From assembly GCF_009914755.1 (NCBI RefSeq), contig NC_060932.1: a DNA stretch of 64,000 nt. One strand, written 5' to 3'. This document shows positions 29,822 to 43,850 of this stretch, one piece after another. Under the pieces are notes generated by a model. It had not been told where the DNA came from. It was given only the letters and a program-made list of their open reading frames with translations, and did no database searches. The stretch's first letter is position 1, and each line of letters starts with the position of its first letter. The stretch comes from the human T2T-CHM13v2.0 reference genome, Homo sapiens. The translations under genes were made by a program, and so were the position numbers.

Positions 29822-30990
29822 GGCTTGTATTCTAAGCCTCCGGCCTCTGAATAAGCTGCCAAACAAATTAGGTCATTTTAACTTCTGAGCTTTTTTTTTT
29901 TTTTTTTTAAATAAGGATGCTGGAACTTTGATTTGGAACATGATGTTGATGTTATTTTAGTTCAAATTGGGGGGCGGGTATGAAGAAGGGGGCAGGGAGT
30001 AGGGGAGACTTAGTTCAGCATGTTTTAGGACTCAAGCCACCAGCCCAGGTTGTGTAAGAGGCAAACACATGATGTGGAGCTTCAGTTGATTCTGGAACAC
30101 CAGTGAAAGAGCTGAGGCATAGAATTCACATGTGCAGCCTCATTTTCTGAGGCTAGATGCTCTAGACCACAACTAGGTCCCAGGATACTCTTCACATCAT
30201 CCCCAGTGGCCTGGGCCACAGGACTCAGGTTAATGTGAACTCAGGTTTAGGAAAGTTGCTTCTTCACAGGAAGGTTGGTCAAGTTTAGTGCCGGGGAGGA
30301 CGTCCTGAAGTTGATGGCAAGTTGCTACTATGTGTGTCTGATGGAGTGTGGTGCAAATGAGGAAGTCCTTTTACAGCATACCTGTACGTAACACCCAGGG
30401 ACTGTGCTTGCCTCCCAGCAGAGACCACAGTTCTTAGGTCCATTCTTGGAAATATTAATTCTGTTGTAATATTAGCTTTGTTAGGGTGGAAGTTGGTCCA
30501 CCTCAGTGAGGTCCTTTGTGACCTCACCCCAGCCTGCTTCAGAATGCAGCTTTGCTTTTTGTTTTTGTTTTTCCTTATATACTTTTTCTTCAAAATAATA
30601 CTGAGGTTTCCCAAATTTAAAAAACAAAAATACAACACAATATCAGTTAAAGAAAATGTTCTTATGTTTCACAGAACAGGCACTATCTGTTCGCTTTTTG
30701 GTGTTGATTAGGTATGCACAAGGGTATTCTCCACATCCCTTTTGCTACTGCCCTCAGTTGGTTTCTTCTCAGAATGAGTGAGTCATGCTCATGAAGAAGT
30801 TCCACCCACTCCAAGACTTCTGGGTCAGGGCTCTGTGGCTTTTGTTAGGCCTCCCTAAGGACCTCTCTTTCCTTCCCCTTCCCCCCTTGTTTCCTGTTAA
30901 TGCCATTACCATCCAGCCACAGGCTCTTCCTTGTATACTTGAAGCTGAGCCTGTGAAGTTCAGAGTTGTTCATCCTGGTCTCTAGAGTAA

Positions 30991-31313
<323 letters not shown>

Positions 31314-32040
31314 TGCTCTTATTTTTTTTCAAGCTCATTAGGAAGAATGGTGGCGAGGGGGCGGGGGATGCTTTGGAGCCCTCAGGCCCATGTGTGTACA
31401 TTCAGAACACTAAATGGCAACTGTGTTCTTAGGAGACTCGTTTTCAGGACTCCAGTCCCTTTCCAGACCACACCATGAAAACATGGGAACTGAGTGGGTC
31501 CCATGGGTGCACATTTAAAATACACTCTCTTGGGATATCTTTTTGACACGTAGGGTCCAGAATTCATGGTATTGGATGCTTAATAATGAAGACATTCTTG
31601 AATGGTGGAAAGGTTCCAAATAGACTTGTCTTGCGCTAGTGTCTTTCATAGTGTCTGTGATTTGTTTTACTGAATATAATCTATTTTAGGTAAACTGCAG
31701 GAATAGGGTCAGAGGTAACTGAAATTACTATATATTAAAGTGTGTAACTGTGCTAGGAATTTGCTGGTTCAAATTTTAAACTGAAAAGTTTTTGTCTAAA
31801 AAGAAAAGGAATAGTTGAAAATCTGTGTAACTACATTTTTTAACTAAACTAAATCCCACTGACTTTCGGGACACTTTGTGTTGTCATTTTTCATGTAACC
31901 TGTGTAAGTAGTAAGAATGAGAGTGGTTGCTGACCTTTTTTCCTGATAGACCAGGGTTTACTGGTGTGTTTATTTTGTCACCATTCCGGTTTGACTCAAA
32001 GGAAATGAAAACATCTTCCATTTGTTCTCTGTTTCCAAAG

Positions 32041-32191
32041 GGCATCCGCTTCGATCCTGAAATTCCGCAAACACTACGACTAGAGTTTGCTAAGGCAAAC
32101 ACGAAGATGGCCAAGAACAAACTCGTAGGGACTCCAAACCCCAGTACTCCTCTGCCCAACACTGTACCTCAGTTCATTGCCAGAGAGCCAT
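32041..32191 (+). CDS. RBPMS: RBPMS coding exon (exon 5), 151 nt, phase 0-1: [50 protein letters not shown]
   Basis: Acceptor tttgttctctgtttccaaAG ends at 32040. Donor CAT|GTAAGT at 32192. The motif TLRLEFAK ends the RRM of the RBPMS/RBPMS2/Couch potato/MEC-8 family; visible inside ORF 31927..32232. Confidence 0.97.
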
Positions 32192-34959
32192 GTAAGTCGA
32201 TCTACTTTTCATTCAAAAGTAATAATAACTAAGAACTGTTCATGTGCTGCATGTGAGGTTACACCATGGGACATGGAGCTGGCTGAGTCTTATTTTCCAT
32301 TTCTGTGAAGAGGTTGCCTAGGCGTTCTTGGTGTCAGAATTCCAAATACAGCAATCTTGTTTGTGATTGGCTTCCCAAAAGATGGTTCAGCTTGAATAGA
32401 ACCATAACTTCAGAATATCATTTGATGTACTACAGATTTCCTTAATGTTATATTGACCATCATGAGTATGCCCCTAGTTGCCTTGGGTATAAACCCTTCA
32501 TTCCCCCCTGCTCGGACACGAGAGCTGGTTCTCAGCATTTACTTTAATCCATTTGTTGAAGGACATCAGCTCGGTGGCTTTGGAAAAATAGGATATTAAA
32601 AGAGAAAGAAGCAGATCTTGGGAATTTGGTTCTATTCAGTTTAGCCATAACTCTAGGGGGAAAAGTAAACACATACAAAGAATGTATATATTGGAACTGT
32701 CAGTCTAGCAAACTAATACCAGTAAAACTTTAAGGAAATTTGGGGCTTTCTTTTCCAACTTAATTGGATAAGGACACTGGCTAATTGCTCAAGACGTCTT
32801 CTACCCCACATTAATAAGCTTATTTCATTATATGTCCAGACTACCATTTCTGCCTTTCCCTGAACAACTTTAAAAGATTGAATTTGCTTTCTCAAGCTCA
32901 GTCAGTGGCAGAAGTGGGGCATGAGACAGGCCTTAACTTCTCCTTTCATTGCAGAGCCATATGTGATTTAATATGGCAGGGCATTCAAGGAAACCCAAGT
33001 GACTTGGATTCCAAGTTATTTGGAATATTTCTGTCCTGTTGTTTTTGGTCTGCTTTCTAAACCACACGGTTGTGATCTTCTTCCTTCGATAGTACATTTT
33101 AACTCTTCTTATTGAAATTGAAGGACACATGGATTCCTTGCTCCCCCCATGTCATGTGCATGTCAGATTTAATCAGGTTATCTTTGGAAGTCACAGCCAT
33201 TCTGTAGTTCAGTCACTCTTGGTACTCATCAGTAGAAACTAACAGATAAGTCTCCCTGAATGTTCTAAAATAAATGTTTCTATGAATCCAGAAAGTCATA
33301 ATAGATTAAAAAAAATTATTTTGTTCTTTCACCTTCTTTGTCCCAGGGAAACTAGAAACCTTTGCTTATTTGGGAAGGAAATCTAAACAAAAGTTACATC
33401 TTACAGTGTACTTGTAGTACAGGAGGATATAGGAACATCTTTTACATAATTCTTCATCCTTATAGTATCTAGCTTAATACTTTGTATATTGTATATATTT
33501 AATATTTATTATAGTGAGTGGATAAATTGATACTGAAATTGGGCTACTTGTAGAACTGTAGATGCATTTGTATGCCTCTTCTCTCTGAAATTTCTTCTCT
33601 CTTGATCAAGGCATCAAAAAAGAGTATTTTTAGGATGCCTGATTTAGTAAAAATAACCTAAAGTAATTCTTTGCCTTTTTAGTGAATTTGCCAGCCTCAG
33701 ATCTCAGAGTTCTTTGAAAAGATTAATTCAGGCAGGAAATGTAATGCTGGTGATACTTAACTTTACCTTTTCAATTCTTTGCTGAATGCTCTTTTTAACA
33801 GGACCACGAAACTTTTTCTGAATTTCCTACAACAGCCCTGTGAAATAGGTAGCCAGGAAGGTTGTAGCCAGATTACGACATGCTATACAAAAGCAACAAA
33901 TAGGAACAAACTGGACATTCACAAGTCCCTGAAGTTACAGGAGAGCATAGAAACTGAGCTTAGAACTCTTTTCTGGCAAGCTCTGCTCACCTCCCTTCCC
34001 AGCATACAGAACAGTGCAAAAATGGCCAGATAGTTTCCATGACAGGGTAAAAACTTGCCCAGCTGTTCACAGCAACACAAATTTGAAGTTTAAAAAAAAA
34101 AAAAAAAAAAAAATCCAAGCAGCCAGCAGTGTATTCTTGAGGAAAATAAAAGTCAGCATGATTTATCTTAATATAGCTCATTTTTACGACACAGCATCTT
34201 GAGGAGAGCAAGTCCACTATGGCTCAGGTCAACCTTATTATCCATTGCCATTCCCTCTGGGAACTGGGAACTTGACCGTCACATACAACTTGCTTACCTG
34301 GAAGCATACGGCAAGACTAAGAACACTGTGTTGGGTCTACACGGACAAACCCACTTGCATTGTACTCAGAATTGGTACTCAAGGTGGTCAGTTTAACTAC
34401 TTATCAGGTGTAGAATATAATGGAATTGGAGAATTTGAGGATTGGAAAGGCCCTGAAGGCTAGTCTTTGTTGTAGGCCATAGAGGTTTTTTATAAATGTT
34501 TCTTTTGGTTACTGTTTTTATATGGTAGTGGCTGAAAAGCACTCGTTGCCATCACTAAAGGAAGAATGTTCTGTGGTTTGATTATACAACACACATACAC
34601 TTGAACTCTCAATTCTCCATAAATACATGAACTTAATGAACTTAAACGAGCACCCAATGTGCTAGACCCTGGAGAAGAAGGAAATTGGTTGCTGCCTTAA
34701 AAGAGCTGTCGTTCCGGGGAGGTGATGGTGGTCAAAGTTGTCAGAAAAACTTGGCCCCATATGAAGGACATATAAGAGATTCTGCAGCTTAGTTGAGATT
34801 GACCCCGAATCAGACTGCCGTATTTGCTGAGCACCTGCTCTATTTGTGCCAGGGATGGAGAGTGAGAAAACCAGGTGTTGCAACTTAGCTGGGTAGATGG
34901 TGGCCTGCTGTGGAGAACTTTGGCTTCAGGCTAGAAGATGTCACTGAGAATCCTGTCGA

Positions 34960-35180
34960 TAATTCTGCCAATTATTGACAAGCTTTGTGACCTTTAAGAG
35001 AAAAAAATTTTTTTCACTTGGTTGTGCTCCTATTCTCTCAGCTGTAAAATAGGAATAATACTTTCTGATTGTTAGGAGAGGTAAATAAAACAATATCCCA
35101 GGATTGGGCTGAGGATTAAATAGATATAGTGTATGTAAAGTACTAGGCAAACGTAAAGTACAATCATAATTTGTTAATAA
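34960..35180 (+). mobile_element. MIR fragment
   Basis: ctgccaattattgacaagctttgtgacctt...ctgtaaaataggaataata...gaggattaaatagatatagtgtatgtaaagtact. Confidence 0.7.
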
Positions 35181-35589
35181 AAAGCATTGGGTTGCCTTTC
35201 TTTCCTAATAGTTACAGCAGATATTGATCTTCTGAGTTGTCATCACAGTTTGAGTGTAGCCAATTGTCTTTGCAAGTTAGGAGAAAGGATGAGTGAAATT
35301 GACATACAATTTCAAGAAAGTAGTATACCTACCTGCCTAAATTAATAGAATTGATCATTAATTTGAGCTTTTATTTCTCTTCCTTGTATGTAATAAAGTT
35401 GGAAAAGATCTGTGAGAAAGCGGGAGTTAAGAGATGAGGAAGAATTATAAATTACATTAAATTCTCTTAGATTGTGCATTAGGTTGTACAGGAATGTAGT
35501 ATTCTATAATAAGAACTCTGCTTTGGAGGTGAAGAAAGAGTAAGTCACTGTTACTGATTTTTATTTTTCTCGTCTGTAAAGTGATGATG

Positions 35590-36140
35590 CTGTGTGCCAG
35601 ATCCTCTCCTAAGCATTTTTATGTGAATTATCTCATTTCATTCTCAATAGCACTTATTTTCCAGTTGAAGAAACTGAGGCCTGGGAAAGTCTAGTAACTT
35701 TCCTGAGTTAACACTGTCAGTAAGTGTGATGGCTGAATAGTGTCCCCCAGAATTCATATGATGAAGTGTCTGTTCCTAGTACCTCAAAATGTGACCATAT
35801 TTGGAGATAAGATTTTTAAAGAGATGATTAAGTTCAAATGGGGCCCTTAGGGGTGGAGCCCTAATCCATTATGACTGCTATCCATATAAGAAGAAAAAGA
35901 GACACCAGGTATGTATATACACGGAGGAAGGGCCGTGTGAGGACAGAGGACAAAGCAACCATCTGCAAGCCAAGGAGAGAGACCTCAGGAGAAACCAACC
36001 CTACAGACACCTCTAGACTGGCCTCTAGAACTGTGAGGAAATAAATTATTTGTTGTTTAAGCCACTCACTCTGGTATATCACTATGGCAGCCCTAGAAAT
36101 ACAATACATCAAGTGATAGAGCCTAGACTTAAATTCTAGA
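35590..36140 (-). mobile_element. MIR split by an MLT1 LTR
   Basis: cagttgaagaaactgaggc...agtaactttcctgag...gtaag, resuming after the LTR as aagtgatagagcctagacttaaattctag. Confidence 0.7.
35725..36108 (+). mobile_element. MLT1B-like MaLR solo LTR
   Basis: TG...CA ends; tgtgatggctgaatagtgtccccc...acctcaaaatgtgacc...ccctaatcca...catctgcaagccaaggagagag...cctctagaactgtgaggaaataaatt...ttaagccac...atggcagccctag...aataca. Confidence 0.88.
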
Positions 36141-38344
36141 TTTTTTGTCATTTACTAGTTTTGTAAGTTTGGTTTAGTTACCTAACCTCTCTGTGTCTCA
36201 GTTTTCTCAGCTACACAGCGGCAATAATTAGGGCCACAGAGTCAGTACGCAGTGACTGTTAGTGTGCGTGTGTAAAAATGGGTACATTCACGTGCCTTTT
36301 GTCCCTCATAATTAAAAGACCTGTAGTTTTTCTGTGTTTGTATACTCAGCATCTCACATCTATAAATACATAATGGATTTTTTTTTTGGTAACATACCAT
36401 AGTTTTATTTTTATGTTTTTTTCAATTGATCATGATTTTCTTATTCCCAGCAAGTGTGGAGAGAGGTGCCCTTCAAAGTACTTTTTAAACTTACAGTGTT
36501 ACTGAGGTCTGATTGGGATGTGATAAAATGCACATATTTAAGATGGCTCATTTGGTTAGTTTGTCATAATACATATGAAATTAATTGAATAAATGTTCTT
36601 GATGAGTTTATACTCTTTGCAATATACCTTATTATAATAGTGCCCTTAAAGGTGGAGGCATTCAACACTTAATAGAGCCTTTACTCAGTTTAGACAGATC
36701 CTGTCCTTTCGATTCAGTTTTTATGAAGCAGATATCAAAAGGCTCCAGAACTCTGCAGTAATGAAGATTCCTGTACTCCAGCTCCAAGGAGTCCGGTTCT
36801 GCAGGTCTGGGCTAGGACGTAGGCTCTGTATTTTAAAAAAATAATAATTGTTCTTATTTTCCTCCCCTCTAGGCTTTTAAAAGCTCTTTGGGTAGTTTTG
36901 ATGCACAGTTGAGAGTCACTGATAAATCAAGGAATTTTTAAAGTTAAATTCTCCTTCCTACTTTCATATTCTTCTCCTTTGCCCCTGCACCTTTCTTCCT
37001 TCCTCCCTTCTTCCCTCCTCCCTTCCCTCTCTCAGACAAAAGCTTGCTCTGTTAAATTAGTACTCTTAGATACCTGATCAGCACATAACATTTTGGTGAC
37101 TAATCAGATTACTTCCTTGTTTACCTGCCATGTCCCTGGAAGTTCCCATTTATCCAGTAACAACCTACGCTAACTGGAAGTGAGTTCTGTGTCTCATGTC
37201 TGAAGAGACCCTGTGAAGGTTCAGGAGAGCCTGTAAAGTATCTCACACATTCCCTCCCAGAGACAACACTGAGCAAATAGGAAATCTCTTAACATTCATC
37301 TCTGCGGGACAAGGTCATCCAGGGCCTATCTAAAGCTTCCTGTATCCCATGGTACAGAGCCCTGGTGCCTGCATTTTTTCCAAGGCAGCAGTGCATGGCA
37401 TGCACAATTAGAAAGATTGGCAGATGTCTTGTCAGTTTCACGCCTGCTCTCCAGCGGCATTGTTTATGAAGACTGACTGGGCAGGAGGAATACCTAATCA
37501 ATCTGGGCAGAAGGAACGGGACACAAGGGAATGACTAAAAGTTGCAGGTGTTCTGAGGGCAAGACTTTCTATTTCATTTTTTTCTCATAACCAAAATCCT
37601 ACATGCTTCTCAGAAGAAAAATTTTCAGGCAGTCCAGCAAAAAAATAAAAGTCATTAAATTCTACTACCCAGAGACAATCACCATTAACAATTTGGTGCT
37701 TATCCTTACACACCTTTTAATATGCACATAATAAAATGTATCTCTTTCTGCATTTTGAATTTTGAAATCATTTAACTTACCCCTTTATCTTTAGGACAAA
37801 GTTTTGCTGCAAGTGAGACTAAGTGGCTCAGTAGGGCCGAAAATAATACCTGGGCTCTCACAAAACATCACCTCAGTCTCTGCTGCTGTTGCTGTAGAGC
37901 ACTGTGTATTCATATGGCACAGATACGCTTGCTAGAATCAGAGCAAGAGGAATAGTGGCAGAGAGAAGTCTCTCTTAACTCTGATGTCTCGAGTAAACCC
38001 AAACCAGCTCCTGAGCTGCTTGAATTCTGGCATTTGATTGAATGATTCATAGGCCTTTATTTAATGGATGGGAAGAAAGGAAATGTTTATTGAGCAACTA
38101 CTCTCTTTCCTTAAGAATTATATGTAAAATACCTATTTTACCCCTAAGGAGACTGAAACTCAAGAGTTTGAGTAGCTTTCCCAAAGTCACATAGCTCATT
38201 TTAAGGCGTGCTTGGCTCTAAAACTCATTGCTAGTCTCACATCACCACACTGCCTTTTTTTTTTTTCCAGTTATGTTTTTATTATTTACCTCCCAACCTG
38301 CTCCCCCTCCTGCCCTTCAACATTGCCTACCTTTATGGTCCATT

Positions 38345-38617
38345 TCTTGATTGATTGGCAGGGTTTGGCTCTGTCTCCCAGGCAGGAGTTCAGTGGCACA
38401 ATCATGGCTCCCTGCAGCTTTGACCTCCTCTCAAGTGATCCTTCTACCTCAGCCTTCCAAATAGCTGGGACTACAGGTGCATGCCACCACACCCAGCTAA
38501 ATCTTTATTTTTTGTAGAGATGGGGTTTCGCCACATTGGCCAGGCTGGTCTCCTGGGCTCAAGCAATCCACCTGCCTTGGCCTCCCAAAGTTCTGGGATT
38601 ACAGGTGTGAGCCATGA
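38345..38617 (-). mobile_element. AluJ element
   Basis: Diverged reverse-complement Alu dimer. Confidence 0.88.
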
Positions 38618-38783
38618 CTCACTTCTTTTTGAAGTAGCCCATGGGTGCTGACAGCTATAGTTCTTTCGAAGATAATTCCTTAGAAGGTGCTTTAAACTCA
38701 CTCAGACCTTTGAAAATGCACTTACTAAAGAGATATAAAGTCAGGATTTCAGGGCTGGTCAACTTCTTATTGAAAAAAATCAA

Positions 38784-39083
38784 GGCCAGGCGTGGTGGCT
38801 CACACCTGTAATCCCAGCACTTTGGGAGGCCGAGGTGATCTCAAGTGATCAGGAGGTCAGGAGTTTGAGACCACCCTGGCCAACATGGTGAAACCCCGCC
38901 TCTACTAAAAATACAAAAATTAACTAGGCGTGGCAGCGCTCACCTGTAATCTCAGCTACTCCGGAGGCTGAGGCAGAGAATCACTTGAACCCAGGAGGCA
39001 GAGGTTGCAGTGAGCTGAGATCGTGCCACTGCACCCCAGCCTGGGTGACAGAGCGAGACTCTGCCTCAAAATAAAACAAAAAA
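38784..39083 (+). mobile_element. AluS element
   Basis: ggccaggcgtggtggctcacacctgtaatccc...; TSD AAAAATCAAG. Confidence 0.92.
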
Positions 39084-39093
39084 TCAAGCTTCA

Positions 39094-39574
<481 letters not shown>

Positions 39575-39819
39575 TCAAGCTTCAGTATAATTCAGTAGCA
39601 TCAAATTTGATGGCCAAGGTGCATTAACTGTAAAATGTTAGCTGAAGTTGAACCACCAGATCGTTTATATTTAGTTTTGGTGTACTTTTTTCTCTCTGGG
39701 AAAACTAAAACTAACATAGGAATATGAGGGATTGTTTTACATAATATTGGGTTGGTTATTCAGGGAGATAAAATTTTCAGTCCACGTTAAGAGAACATGC
39801 CTCAAGTCAGTCAGTCTCT

Positions 39820-39948
39820 CTCTGTTTTTGAAGATTGGGCCTTGCTATGTCACCCATGCTGGCCTAAAAGTCCTGGGTTCAAGCAATCCTCATGCCTCAG
39901 CCTCCAGAGTAGCTGGGAGTACAAGCACATACCATACCACCTTGCCTG
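39820..39948 (-). mobile_element. FLAM/FRAM monomer
   Basis: ggccttgctatgtcacccatgctgg...tcaagcaatcctcatgcctcagcctccagagtagctggg. Confidence 0.8.
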
Positions 39949-40191
39949 GGGTTTCTTCATGTATTTCCTTTTTTATTATTTATTTTTGTTTACTTATTTG
40001 TTTGTGTATGCTTTTTTGTTTTTGTTTATTTTATACATAAATATCTATGCATTTATACATACTGTATAAAAATACAGCATATGGCAGGTTTTTTGGTTGG
40101 ATTTAGTTTAGATAAAACATGGCCATACTATTCTTAACATGAGTTCTCACCTCGTGGACCCCTTTCCATCCAGGACTATATATCCAAAGCA

Positions 40192-40480
40192 TTGTTTTTT
40201 TTGTTGTTGTTTGGGTTTTTGTTACTGTTGTTGTTTTTTGAGGTTAGGTCTTGCTCTTTGACCCAGGCTGGAGTACAGTGGTGCAATCATAGTCATATCT
40301 CATCACTTCAGTCTCCAACTCCTGGGCTGAAGCCCGAGTGATCCTCCTGCCTCAGCCTCCTGGCTAGTTTAAAAAAAAAAATTTGTAGAGATGGGATCTC
40401 GCTGTGTCTCTAACTTCTGGGCCTTCTCGCTAGGCCTCCCAAAGTGCTGAGATTACAGGCAAGAGCCACTGCACCTGGCC
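40192..40480 (-). mobile_element. AluJ with internal deletions
   Basis: (TTG)n tail, ggtcttgctc...cccaggctggagtacagtgg...gagccactgcacctggcc. Confidence 0.88.
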
Positions 40481-41050
40481 ACTGACCATACTATACTTAA
40501 ACAAATTCTCACCTCATGAACACTTTTCTATCCAGGTAGACTTCATCAAAACCGCCTCCTTAAGCTCTAGGAAACTGATAAGAGCAGAACTCCATATGAT
40601 CTCTTTCGTGTAGAGAGAGGAGTTCAGTTAGTGGTAAATAAAAAGGGGAAGGGGCCTGCCCTGAAGTTTCTTCTTGATATCACCCGAAATGCTACTGGGT
40701 GGGTAGATTTGGAGGTACACTTAGAAAGGCAGCCTTCCCACCCCACCCCACCCTGAGATTTTGGGAAGAGGTGGTAGTGAGGGCACACGTCATTATTTCA
40801 CCCCTTTTTCTTGCCTCCAGTCTTTGCTGGTGAGGGATAGGAGTCTCAGTGTGAAGAACAGGTTGTGGGGAGAAAGTAATGCAGAGTCTTGGGGCAGCAG
40901 AGCCCTAGGGTGATAGCAAAAGAAAGAGGCCAGGAAGTGAGACACAGAGGAGAAAGACTTCAGACTGTGGCATCAGAGCCACAGCACCCAGCTGAATTTG
41001 TTTCTTTATTAAATCATTGAACAGCTGTAAACAAATAACAGGAACTCAGG

Positions 41051-41329
41051 TGCCAGGCACGGTAGCTCACACCTGAAATCCAGCACTTTGGGAGGCCGAG
41101 GCAGGTGGATCATGAGGTCAGGAGATTGAGACCATCCTGGCTAACACGGTGAAACCCTGTCTCTACTAAAAATACAAAAAATTAGCCGGGAGTGGTGGCA
41201 GGCGCCTGTGGTCCCAGCTACTCGGGAGGCTGAGGCAGGAGAATGGTGTAAACCCAGAGGCAGAGCTTGCAGTGAGCCGAGATTTCACCACTGCACTCCA
41301 GCCTGGGCGACACAGCGAGACTCCATCTC

Positions 41330-41358
<29 letters not shown>
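41051..41358 (+). mobile_element. AluY element with A28 tail
   Basis: gagaccatcctggctaacacggtgaaaccc, gagaatggtgtaaaccc, gagcttgcagtgagccgag. Confidence 0.93.
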
Positions 41359-41361
<3 letters not shown>

Positions 41362-42291
41362 GGGACTCGAATCTCCTTGGATATCACATATTTCTATTGT
41401 AATGCAAATAATTGCCCCAACTTTTGTTTTATGAACTCAAATTATTCATTATATTCTTAGAGATGAAAGAGTAAAGGGAGTTGATTTACTGGGACAATCC
41501 AAAAGAAATACAAGCTTAATTATTTGATGACCATTTCTCACCTCACTTGCTCATTGTGAAGGAAGGTGTTTCTTACATTGTTGATGCAGGCTCCCTTTTA
41601 CTTCCCTTTTGTAATCCTCAAATAAAGAGCTATCTTTTCTTTTACAGTATGGCAGTTCTCAAAAGCATGGTCCACGCACCCCTGGTTGGTCTCTGAGATT
41701 CCTTAAGGGAGTACATGAGGCCTATATTATTTTCACAAAAATAGTTTGCTTTTCTCATGTGTAGTAGTGGACATAACTACTGGCACCTTAATACATATCA
41801 AGACAGTGGCACCAAAATACATTAGTAATCATTTACCAATGTGAGCATTAGTAAAAAGTGTGCAGCAGTAAAGTGTGCATCCTCACTCCTGCACACTTTG
41901 TTAAGAAAAAAGCCAATTTTGCCTAAGAATGTTTTTGATAAACAGGTAAAAATTAACGTTATTTAACCTCAGCTCTTCAGTGCAAGTCGTTTTATGATTG
42001 TGACAGAATGGGGAGTGTACATAAAGCTGTTCTGTAGTTCTTTTAAGGTATGAAGTAAATGGCTGCTTCCTTTAATCCATTTTTACTTGACACTCATAAA
42101 CTATGGTTATTCAGAGTTGGATTTTGGCTTTTTCTTGAAAAATTGTGAGATGTGCCTGTCACTTCACGGAAAATGACAGTTTTTGTTCCAAATAATAAAA
42201 TTTTAGGTTTAAGGCAAAAATTAGAATTTTTGAAAACTTGACCACCATGATTTTGACAGTTTCCCAACAGATTGGTGGTGATGTTAATGAA

Positions 42292-42582
<291 letters not shown>

Positions 42583-42744
42583 TAATGAATTTTTAAATTG
42601 CCTAATGAAATGGGTCAACATTTAGAAGATCCACATAACTCATTGAACCATTATCTTCCAAATGACCAATGTATTATATTCCAAAATCATGCATGGGTAA
42701 AGGTCTGTATGAAATGGAACAATGGATTTTTAAAAATCTTTTTT

Positions 42745-43024
42745 AGTTTTTACTTTTTATTAGAGACCATGTCTCACTCTGTTGCCAGTGGTTCGATCAT
42801 AGCCTCAAACTCCTCCCAGGGTCAAACGATCCTCTCTCCTCAGCCTCCAGAGTAGCTGGGACTACAGGTGTGTGCCTCCAGACCCAGCTAATTTTTAAAC
42901 ATTTTGTACAGATGGGGTCTTGCTTTGTTGCCCAGGCTGGTATCAAGCTCCTGGTGTCAAGCCATCCTCCTGCCTTAGCCTCCCAAAGTGCTGGGATAGC
43001 AGGTGTGAGCCACCACACCAGGCC
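42745..43024 (-). mobile_element. AluJ element
   Basis: TSD ACAATGGATTTT at ~42719 and ~43028. Confidence 0.88.
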
Positions 43025-43409
43025 AGGACAATGGATTTTAATGGAACATAATAGGAAAGCTCATTGATAAGGTTTCAGATTCCATAATCCAAGACATCTT
43101 TAATAACCACCCCTTAATAAGTGTTGGTGTAATAGCAGAGAAGAATATCCAGTTACCTGTAAAGGGTATTGAAATATTACTCCTTTGACCAGCTAGATGC
43201 ATGTCTCTGTGAGACCATATTTTTTTCATATACTACAGCCAATACAATATGTTACAATAGATTTAATTTGAAGCAGGTATAAGAAACCAGTTGTCTTCTA
43301 TTAAACTAGATACTAAAGAGATTTGCAAATATGTAGATCTAAAGTTTTATCTTTTTTTCTAAATATGTAGATTTCACTAAAATATTTTAAAAAACATGAA
43401 TTAATAAAC

Positions 43410-43701
43410 TTTTTTTCTTTTTTAAGAGATGGGGGTCTTACTTTGTTCTTCAGGCTAGAGTGCAGTGATGCCATCACAGCTCACTGCAGCCTCCAGCTCC
43501 TGAGCTTAAGTGATCCTCCTGCCTCAGCCTCCTGAGTAGCTGGTACTACAGGCACGCACCACCTTGCCTGTCTAATTTTCTAATTTTTTTGTAGAGATGG
43601 GGCCTCGCTTTGTTGCCCAGGCTGGTCTTGAGCTCAAGCAATCCTCCCACCTCAGCCTCCCAAAGTATTGCCATTATAGGCCTTAGGCACCGTACCTGGC
43701 C
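43410..43701 (-). mobile_element. AluJ element
   Basis: Reverse-complement dimer, cacagctcactgcagcctcc. Confidence 0.9.
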
Positions 43702-43850
43702 CCTTACCTTTTTTAACTTCAAAAGTTTATAACATGGTACAAAACCACACAAAAGTTCTTTTAGGCTTGATCGTTTTTACGTGTGTAAAGGTGTCCTAAA
43801 ACCAAAGTTTAAAAACTTCTGGTCCTAATAATTTAAAATTAACATTTTTT

